Part shown: one piece after another, positions 43,600 through 53,654 of the stretch
Layout: each line of letters begins with the position of its first letter
Position numbering within the stretch: the stretch's first letter is position 1
NCBI GenBank assembly: GCA_002269645.1
Contig: NIVC01000020.1
Location: forward strand, 558,001-622,000
DNA length: 64,000 nucleotides
Reading direction: 5' to 3'
Source of the DNA: Macrostomum lignano
Taxonomy: Eukaryota
Notes under the pieces: model-generated
What the model was told of the DNA's origin: nothing
The model's input: only the letters and a program-made list of their open reading frames with translations
Database searches by the model: none
Position numbers and translations under genes: made by a program

Positions 43600-45321
43600 A
43601 ACGCACACAGGAGCAGCTCAGTGGCGGTGCAGCCCAGCCAGCTCGCTCAGTTTTTTCTCTCCTGGCCCGCCGCTGCCCGGACGGGGGCGCAGAGAATTAT
43701 GCTTTGCCCGTCACCCGACTGGGATCGGGAAGTGGGGTGATTAAGGGGGTTGGGAGAACAACGACAGAAAAATTGAGTGAAGCGTACAAGAAAATCTCCC
43801 TAATAAAGGGGAGAAAGAAATTTTCTGTCGATCGATTGGGGGAAACTTCCGCTTCGCGGAGGTGGGGGCGGCGCTGGAGGGCTGCGTTGGGAAGACCGGG
43901 TCTGAGCGCGCTGTGCGACTTCGGGACGCAGTTTGCACTCTTTGGGCTCGAAATGGGAGCATCTGGGAGTGCGTGGATCCGACTGCAGAGTTGGTTCCTC
44001 CTTACCAATGTGTTGGCGGAGATCCCCCATCACTGAAATCCCAGGCCACCAAACCTCGGCAAAAAACGTAAGCCAGGATCGCAGAATTTGTGAATGCCAA
44101 ACAGGAACACTGGAGAGAGAAAATCACAGTTTATTTTAATAAATTTCTGTTTCTATTGCCTACAATGCTTCATCAGAGTCTGAGATGGAGCTCAGGCCAG
44201 AGGGAATGCCAGCACAGGTAGGCAGCAGTTTGACTTCCCTCTGAGCCCTGAGGTGAGCGGGCGGTGTTGAGAGCAACAAACAAATATGAACTCTGCGGTG
44301 GTTGCGGAGCACTGGTGTCTTCTGTATGCACAGTGAATCGGATCTTTACAGCTTGGTCGGCTTGCCAAGGACAAAAGCACTACTGAAGTTCTATTCGCGA
44401 CGGGGCGCCCCAACCCGGCGGCGCCATCGCGCGGCACCCGCTGCTGTCTCGTCTTCTCCCAGATTCTGAGCCTCATCTCGCCCCCAGCGGCCGCCTCCGG
44501 ACTGCTGGCTGCGGCGCCTCTGGGAGCCCCGCTGAGACTGGCGTCTCGCCACGGAGCTCGACAGAGACCGAACCCGGGACCGTCAAATACGAAGTGCGAA
44601 CCCACGACCTCCCTTCATAGCCGGTCCGACCGTCCGGCATCTCCGGCGCGCCGCTCCGCGATCAGCGCCGCGTCGGCGCGCCCAACGAAGGCGGCGCTCG
44701 ACAGACGGGCGATCAGCGGGGCGCGGGCGGCGGAGACGGGGAAGGCGGCACCGGAAGGAGTGCCACGGGCTGCTGCACTCGCGCTGGCCCCGGGAGCTCC
44801 GACAGCCGGCAGGGAGAGATTAAGGGACCGCGGGAGGCTGGAGACGGAGGCTCAAAAAAGTCAGCTAAAAGTACATTTTCTGTTGCTACAACAATAGATT
44901 GACAGCGGCGTGAGCCTGCAATGGCGCTCGAGGGGGGCGAAGCTGCTGCTGGGGAAGCCAGCAGGAGCCCGCGGTTCAAATAGTCAAATGCACAGACTCA
45001 GCTTAGGGGCGAAGCAGCACTCGGGGTCGAGCGCTGGAAGTCACGGGGGCGGTGTCTGATAGAAACCCGGGCACCAGAGAAGGCGGCGGCGGCGGGGGCA
45101 GCGTCGGTCGGTCCGGTCCGGTTCAGGTCAGGCGAGTTCGAGCTGGGGGCGAAGTCGGGGGCGGAAAGCGCAGCCACCCACCGGCGGCTTCTTGTCGGGC
45201 TGCGCTGAATTGTCGGTCGCTGAATTGAAAAGCGTCGCGGATTCGATGGCCATCGAGTCGGTAGTCCGGGCTGGAGAGTCGGGGGAGGCTGGGCTCGGGG
45301 AGGCGTGAGGGCGGCTGGCCG

Positions 45322-46031
45322 TCAGAGCAGCGCCGCAGTGTCGCTGAAGGCCGGCGGCCGGTGATGCTGCAGCAGGTGCTGCTGGACACGGCGCAGCTCG
45401 TCCCGGTACAGGTCCCGCTCGCGTTGGCGCGGTCCAGCTGCAGGCGGAGGCTGGCGATCTGGCGGGCCATGCCGACACTCTCGGTGGCCAGCTCGGCCTG
45501 GGTCTTCTGCCGGCGCAGGCGGCACACGTGCGCGTACTGCCGGTTCTTCAGCGTCCGCCTGCGGTGCTTGAGCTGCAGAACCCGCGACTTGGGAAGGTGG
45601 CGCAGGCGTAGGTTGAGGTCCTTGATGCTCAGCGACACCAGGTCGTAGTCGGAGATACCGGTGCCGGCCGAAGAGCCGCTTTGGCCGTCCGAGACGCTCA
45701 GCCCGTCGTCCTCGTCGTCGCCGGCCGCTCCGACCTCCTCCGACTCGTCCAGCGGCGAAGGCGGCGGCGAAAACGCGAGCGGGAACTCGCAGTAGTGGGC
45801 CGGCGTAGACTGGCCGGTGTGGCAGCCGCTGTCCGGCGGGGAAAGGCTGTCCGACAGGTCCAGGATGTCCTTCAGGAAGTCCTCGTCCTCGCACTTCACC
45901 GCCACGCACACGTCCGAAGGGCTGACGCGACCGTCAGCAGAGGCGTCGCCGACCTGGGAGGCCGGCAGGCCGAAATCCTGGCTGCAGATGGCGGCCGGAC
46001 CGAGCGAGTACAGAGGCAAGTCGATCTCCAT
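45322..46031 (-). CDS. maf: Large-Maf-type bZIP transcription factor, intronless CDS (~236 aa once a 1-bp deletion is repaired)
   Basis: An acidic Ser/Pro-rich N-terminus is followed by the Maf extended homology region SDYDLVSLSIKDLNLRLRHLPKSRVLQLKHRRRTLKNRQYAHVCR and a zipper. The expected ...ERDLYRDEL continues in another frame after 45421-45423. Confidence 0.92.
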
Positions 46032-46752
46032 CGCGGGCGAGGCAAAGCTGCTTGGCTGCTAGGTAAGCGCAGAGTGCTGGCAGGGTAAAATATGTTCTGT
46101 CTGAGCTGGGCTTTGAGCTGTGCGCGCTCTGCTATGGAAGGCCCGCAAAGGGGAGGCGGCAGCTGCTGGGCCGGGCTGCTCAAATATTCAGAGCCGGTGA
46201 GGGGGACCGGAGTTCGCCCTGCTGCCGCAGCCAATGGAGACCGGGCGGAGGCTCAGCGCACGGCGCGGGCAATGTGGCGGAGTCTCATGCGGGAGGGCGG
46301 CCCGTGCACGCACGCAGTTGAGCCGCCCGCCCCACGAGCCGCGGCGGTCCCGAAGGAAGTGAACAGCTGGTTGCTCCGATCGAGCGATATTGTCGATTGG
46401 CAATCCATGGCCCAGCCGGGCGCTAAGCAACTTCAGCCAGTAAAGCTTGCGCGGAAACTCCCGCAGGAAGCGCGGCCAAGCAAATCGCAAAAATTCATTT
46501 CCGCGCAGAGCTCAAAGTCTCAGGCGCTGCGGCTTGATCGGGATAGCGATCAGATATTTAATGAGCTGCCCGCAACAGCTCAAAATGACATTGAGCCGTC
46601 TTCTCAACTAACTCCCCACACAGCGATCCCAGCGGAACCAGAATTCATTAAATTATCCAAAAATGTATTCCAGGACAGGCAACAGTCAGTCTTGCCGCCA
46701 GTCAGTCTCAGCTTGAGGACTGATCGACTTTGACGCTGCACCGATCAATTCC

Positions 46753-49700
46753 GAAGACAAGCGCTAGCAGCTGCCAGATCGGCACATTCAACACTGAAGA
46801 CAAGCGTTAGCAGCTGCCAGATCGGCACATTCAACACTGAAGACAAGCGTTAGCAGCTGCCAGATCGGCACATTCAACACCGAAGACAAGCGCTAGCAGC
46901 TGCCAGATCGGCACATTCAACACTGAAGACAAGCGTTAGCAGCTGCCAGATCGGCACATTCAACACTGAAGACAAGCGTTAGCAGCTGCCAGATCGGCAC
47001 ATTCAACACTGAAGACAAGCGTTAGCAGCTGCCAGATCGGCACATTCAACACCGAAGGCAAGCGTTAGCAGCTGCCAGATCGGCACATTCAACACTGAAG
47101 ACAAGCGTTAGCAGCTGCCAGATCGGCACATTCAACACTGAAGGCAAGCGTTAGCAGCTGCCAGATCGGCACATTCAACACTGAAGACAAGCGTTAGCAG
47201 CTGCCAGATCGGCACATTCAACACTGAAGACAAGCGTTAGCAGCTGCCAGATCGGCACATTCAACACTGAAGAGAAGCGTTAGCAGCTGCCAGATCGGCA
47301 CATTCAACACTGAAGACAAGCGTTAGCAGCTGCCAGATCGGCACAATCAACACCGAAGGCAAGCGTTAGCAGCTGCCAGATCGGCACATTCAACACTGAA
47401 GACAAGCGTTAGCAGCTGCCAGATCGGCACATTCAACACTGAAGAGAAGCGTTAGCAGCTGCCAGATCGGTACATTCAACACCGAAGGCAAGCGTTAGCA
47501 GCTGCCAGATCGGCACATTCAACACTGAAGGCAAGCGTTAGCAGCTGCCAGATCGGCACATTCAAAACTGAAGACAAGCGTTAGCAGCTGCCAGATCGGC
47601 ACATTCAACACTGAAGGCAAGCGTTAGCAGCTGCCAGATCGGCACATTCAACACCGAAGGCAAGCGTTAGCAGCTGCCAGATCGGCACATTCAACACTGA
47701 AGGCAAGCGTTAGCAGCTGCCAGATCGGCACATTCAACACTGAAGGCAAGCGTTAGCAGCTGCCAGATCGGCACATTCAACACCGAAGGCAAGCGTTAGC
47801 AGCTGCCAGATCGGCACATTCAACACTGAAGACAAGCGTTAGCAGCTGCCAGATCGGCACATTCAACACTGAAGGCAAGCGTTAGCAGCTGCCAGATCGG
47901 CACATACAACACTGAAGGCAAGCGTTAGCAGCTGCCAGATCGGCACATTCAACACCGAAGGCAAGCGTTAGCAGCTGCCAGATCGGCACATTCAACACTG
48001 AAGAGAAGCGTTAGCAGCTGCCAGATCGGCACATACAACACTGAAGGCAAGCGTTAGCAGCTGCCAGATCGGCACATTCAACACCGAAGGCAAGCGTTAG
48101 CAGCTGCCAGATCGGCACATTCAATACTGAAGACAAGCGTTAGCAGCTGCCAGATCGGCACATTCAACACTGAAGGCAAGCGTTAGCAGCTGCCAGATCG
48201 GCACATTCAACACTGAAGGCAAGCGTTAGCAGCTGCCAGATCGGTACATTCAACACCGAAGGCAAGCGTTAGCAGCTGCCAGATCGGCACATTCAACACT
48301 GAAGGCAAGCGTTAGCAGCTGCCAGATCGGCACAATCAACACCGAAGGCAAGCGTTAGCAGCTGCCAGATCGGCACATTCAACACTGAAGACAAGCGCTA
48401 GCAGCTGCCAGATCGGCACATTCAACACTGAAGACAAGCGTTAGCAGCTGCCAGATCGGCACATTCAACACTGAAGACAAGCGTTAGCAGCTGCCAGATC
48501 GGCACATTCAACACTGAAGACAAGCGTTAGCAGCTGCCAGATCGGCACATTCAACACTGAAGGCAAGCGTTAGCAGCTGCCAGATCGGCACATTCAACAC
48601 TGAAGACAAGCGTTAGCAGCTGCCAGATCGGCACATTCAACACTGAAGACAAGCGTTAGCAGCTGCCAGATCGGCACATTCAACACTGAAGACAAGCGTT
48701 AGCAGCTGCCAGATCGGCACATTCAACACTGAAGACAAGCGTTAGCAGCTGCCAGATCGGCACATTCAACACTGAAGACAAGCGTTAGCAGCTGCCAGAT
48801 CGGCACATTCAACACTGAAGACAAGCGTTAGCAGCTGCCAGATCGGCACATTCAACACTGAAGACAAGCGTTAGCAGCTGCCAGATCGGCACATTCAACA
48901 CTGAAGGCAAGCGTTAGCAGCTGCCAGATCGGTACATTCAACACCGAAGGCAAGCGTTAGCAGCTGCCAGATCGGCACATTCAACACTGAAGAGAAGCGT
49001 TAGCAGCTGCCAGATCGGCACATTCAACACTGAAGACAAGCGTTAGCAGCTGCCAGATCGGCACAATCAACACGAAGGCAAGCGTTAGCAGCTGCCAGAT
49101 CGGCACATTCAACACTGAAGACAAGCGTTAGCAGCTGCCAGATCGGCACATTCAACACTGAAGAGAAGCGTTAGCAGCTGCCAGATCGGTACATTCAACA
49201 CCGAAGGCAAGCGTTAGCAGCTGCCAGATCGGCACATTCAACACTGAAGGCAAGCGTTAGCAGCTGCCAGATCGGCACATTCAAACTGAAGACAAGCGTT
49301 AGCAGCTGCCAGATCGGCACATTCAACACTGAAGGCAAGCGTTAGCAGCTGCCAGATCGGCACATACAACACTGAAGGCAAGCGTTAGCAGCTGCCAGAT
49401 CGGCACATTCAACACTGAAGGCAAGCGTTAGCAGCTGCCAGATCGGCACATTCAACACTGAAGGCAAGCGTTAGCAGCTGCCAGATCGGTACATTCAACA
49501 CCGAAGGCAAGCGTTAGCAGCTGCCAGATCGGCACATTCAACACTGAAGGCAAGCGTTAGCAGCTGCCAGATCGGCACAATCAACACCGAAGGCAAGCGT
49601 TAGCAGCTGCCAGATCGGCACATTCAACACTGAAGACAAGCGCTAGCAGCTGCCAGATCGGCACATTCAACACTGAAGACAAGCGTTAGCAGCTGCCAGA

Positions 49701-51775
49701 TCGGCACATTCAACACTGAAGACAAGCGTTAGCAGCTGCCAGATCGGCACATTCAACACTGAAGACAAGCGTTAGCAGCTGCCAGATCGGCACATTCAAC
49801 ACTGAAGGCAAGCGTTAGCAGCTGCCAGATCGGCACATTCAACACTGAAGACAAGCGTTAGCAGCTGCCAGATCGGCACATTCAACACTGAAGACAAGCG
49901 TTAGCAGCTGCCAGATCGGCACATTCAACACTGAAGACAAGCGTTAGCAGCTGCCAGATCGGCACATTCAACACTGAAGACAAGCGTTAGCAGCTGCCAG
50001 ATCGGCACATTCAACACTGAAGACAAGCGTTAGCAGCTGCCAGATCGGCACATTCAACACTGAAGACAAGCGTTAGCAGCTGCCAGATCGGCACATTCAA
50101 CACTGAAGACAAGCGTTAGCAGCTGCCAGATCGGCACATTCAACACTGAAGGCAAGCGTTAGCAGCTGCCAGATCGGCACATTCAACACTGAAGACAAGC
50201 GTTAGCAGCTGCCAGATCGGCACATTCAACACTGAAGACAAGCGTTAGCAGCTGCCAGATCGGCACATTCAACACTGAAGACAAGCGTTAGCAGCTGCCA
50301 GATCGGCACATTCAACACTGAAGACAAGCGTTAGCAGCTGCCAGATCGGCACATTCAACACTGAAGACAAGCGTTAGCAGCTGCCAGATCGGCACATTCA
50401 ACACTGAAGGCAAGCGTTAGCAGCTGCCAGATCGGCACATTCAACACCGAAGGCAAGCGTTAGCAGCTGCCAGATCGGCACATTCAACACTGAAGACAAG
50501 CGTTAGCAGCTGCCAGATCGGCACATTCAACACTGAAGGCAAGCGTTAGCAGCTGCTAGATCGGCACATACAACACTGAAGGCAAGCGTTAGCAGCTGCC
50601 AGATCGGCACATTCAACACCGAAGGCAAGCGTTAGCAGCTGCCAGATCGGCACATTCAATACTGAAGACAAGCGTTAGCAGCTGCCAGATCGGCACATTC
50701 AACACTGAAGGCAAGCGTTAGCAGCTGCCAGATCGGCACATTCAACACTGAAGGCAAGCGTTAGCAGCTGCCAGATCGGTACATTCAACACCGAAGGCAA
50801 GCGTTAGCAGCTGCCAGATCGGCACATACAACACTGAAGGCAAGCGTTAGCAGCTGCCAGATCGGCACAATCAACACCGAAGGCAAGCGTTAGCAGCTGC
50901 CAGATCGGCACATTCAACACTGAAGACAAGCGCTAGCAGCTGCCAGATCGGCACATTCAACACTGAAGACAAGCGTTAGCAGCTGCCAGATCGGCACATT
51001 CAACACTGAAGACAAGCGTTAGCAGCTGCCAGATCGGCACATTCAACACTGAAGGCAAGCGTTAGCAGCTGCCAGATCGGCACATTCAACACTGAAGGCA
51101 AGCGTTAGCAGCTGCCAGATCGGCACATTCAACACTGAAGACAAGCGTTAGCAGCTGCCAGATCGGCACATTCAACACTGAAGACAAGCGTTAGCAGCTG
51201 CCAGATCGGCACATTCAACACTGAAGACAAGCGTTAGCAGCTGCCAGATCGGCACATTCAACACTGAAGACAAGCGTTAGCAGCTGCCAGATCGGCACAT
51301 TCAACACTGAAGACAAGCGTTAGCAGCTGCCAGATCGGCACATTCAACACTGAAGACAAGCGTTAGCAGCTGCCAGATCGGCACAATCAACACCGAAGGC
51401 AAGCGTTAGCAGCTGCCAGATCGGCACATTCAACACTGAAGACAAGCGTTAGCAGCTGCTAGATCGGCACATTCAACACTGAAGGCAAGCGTTAGCAGCT
51501 GCCAGATCGGTACATTCAACACCGAAGGCAAGCGTTAGCAGCTGCCAGATCGGCACATTCAACACTGAAGGCAAGCGTTAGCAGCTGCCAGATCGGTACA
51601 TTCAACACTGAAGGCAAGCGTTAGCAGCTGCCAGATCGGCACATTCAACACTGAAGACAAGCGTTAGCAGCTGCCAGATCGGCACATTCAACACTGAAGG
51701 CAAGCGTTAGCAGCTGCCAGATCGGCACATACAACACTGAAGGCAAGCGTTAGCAGCTGCCAGATCGGCACATAC
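46753..51775. repeat. 5-kb satellite of a 43-bp unit (GAAGACAAGCGTTAGCAGCTGCCAGATCGGCACATTCAACACT) x~117
   Basis: Units start at 46753 and 46796 and continue at that period. Only point variants occur, with no unique spacers. Confidence 0.99.
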
Positions 51776-52591
51776 ACAAGCATTAGCTAGCAGAAATGCA
51801 TTCTTACAAAATTTATGCTTTTCAGAGGGAAAATTTTTTGCGCTGCAAATAATGAATGGTTTTGAAAAGATTGAAAAGATAGAAGTGCATGTGACTTCAT
51901 ATGAAGTTCGCATAATTTCCGCGTTGCTCATTAGCATAAATTATGATTATTCAGTGATAGGATTGAGAACTTGTCAATTTGCACAACCTGTACTGTAGCG
52001 TCCTTCTGCTTGGAAAGCTCTGATGTCACAGCTATTCAGATCTGGTAGCTATTGATTATAATTCTCCTTTCTCAATGGGACGCAAGATCGGGTCTGAGTC
52101 AAGTCAGGGTCGATTACAAGTTGCTTACAAATGCGGCAGCAGACACGCAGTTGCAGTCAGCTGCTGGTCGGGCAGGAGCTCGCTGGTATCGACCCACTGC
52201 GCCAGGGGGGGGGGGAATTTCTAGAATTTTCCGCGCATTGTTGCACCTAATTGCGCGGTTTGTGAAATTTGAAAACAAAGGAAATAATTATAGTTGCCCT
52301 GTTCACAACAGTCTACTGTTGTCAGTAGGCCAACCGAGATATGCAATGCTAAACATTTTGAAAGATTAAACTGGACAGAAACTGATCCAAGACTTTCTGT
52401 AAGTTCATTAATAGCGCTCAGCCTTAGTTAATTATCCCACTGGTGTCCCCTGGATAAACTCGGCTCCCTGCGAGCACCTTCAGCCCTATTGGGTGCCGTA
52501 AATGGTGGCAAGTCTGGCAACTCATTGTCAGGCCCATTGTGTGTGATCACACTGTACGAATGGGTGTGATTTGATGGTCAATTTGATGGCG

Positions 52592-53260
52592 GCTGGCTGG
52601 AGTCCAGCACCCCGAGCTCAGTGAGGGCATGGAAGCTGGCTGGAGTCCAGCACCCCGAGCTCAGTGCGGGCATGGAAAGCTGGCTGGAGTCCAGCACCCC
52701 GAGCTCAGTGAGGGCATGGAAGCTGGCTGGAGTCCAGCACCCCGAGCCCAGTGAGGGCATGGAAAGCTGGTTGGAGTCCAGCACCCCGAGCCCAGTGCGG
52801 GCATGGAAAGCTGGCTGGAGTCCAGCACCCCGAGCTCAGTGAGGGCATGGAAGCTGGCTGGAGTCCAGCACCCCGAGCTCAGTGAGGGCATGGAAAGCTG
52901 GCTGGAGTCCAGCACCCCGAGCCCAGTGAGGGCATGGAAAGCTGGCTGGAGTCCAGCACCCCGAGCTCAGTGAGGGCATGGAAGCTGGCTGGAGTCCAGC
53001 ACCCCGAGCTCAGTGAGGGCATGGAAAGCTGACTGGAGTCCAGCACCCCGAGCTCAGTGAGGGCATGGAAGCTGGCTGGAGTCCAGCACCCCGAGCTCAG
53101 AGAGGGCATGGAAAGCTGGCTGGAGTCCAGCACCCCGAGCTCAGTGAGGGCATGGAAGCTGGCTGGAGTCCAGCACCCCGAGCTCAGTGAGGGCATGGAA
53201 AGCTGGCTGGAGTCCAGCACCCCGAGCTCAGTGCGGGCATGGAAAGCTGGCTGGAGTCCA
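52592..53260. repeat. 43/44-bp minisatellite (GCTGGCTGGAGTCCAGCACCCCGAGCTCAGTGAGGGCATGGAA[A]) x~15
   Basis: Read directly; unrelated in sequence to the 5-kb 43-mer array. Confidence 0.97.
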
Positions 53261-53654
53261 GTTGCTCCAATAGAAAACAGTGACATGGCCAAACAAGAGA
53301 ATAAAGTAGAACTATTTAAATTCAAAACGCGCGACCGCAAAACTCGGCCAAGCTATGATAATTGTATTGTTTATCGAGTAGCGCACATGAATAGCCTTGA
53401 GTCTCGATGCACGCACTTATGTACAGACACTCGGGACAATACAAGCAGGCACGCATGCATAGAACTGCTAAACAACAAAACAGCAGCACTACTAGCAGAC
53501 CCTCTGCACGACCGCGCCCAAGCCTTGCAGATAAAAAAATAAATAGAAGTGAAACAGCGAGCTCTAACTAACTGGGAAGAAGCGATGCTGAGTTCCTTAA
53601 CAGAGAAGAAACGATGGTCAGTAGAAAAGGAGTTTTGATGAATGCAATCGGTGG

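Noticed and set aside
46092-46733. 213-aa plus-strand ORF upstream of Maf
   Set aside because: No recognisable motif; it overlaps the likely Maf promoter or 5' region, and GC-rich DNA yields such frames by chance.
46753-51775. CRISPR array (regular ~43-bp period with a partial palindrome)
   Set aside because: There are no unique spacers, only point variants of one unit; no cas genes are present, and the context is a spliced eukaryotic genome.
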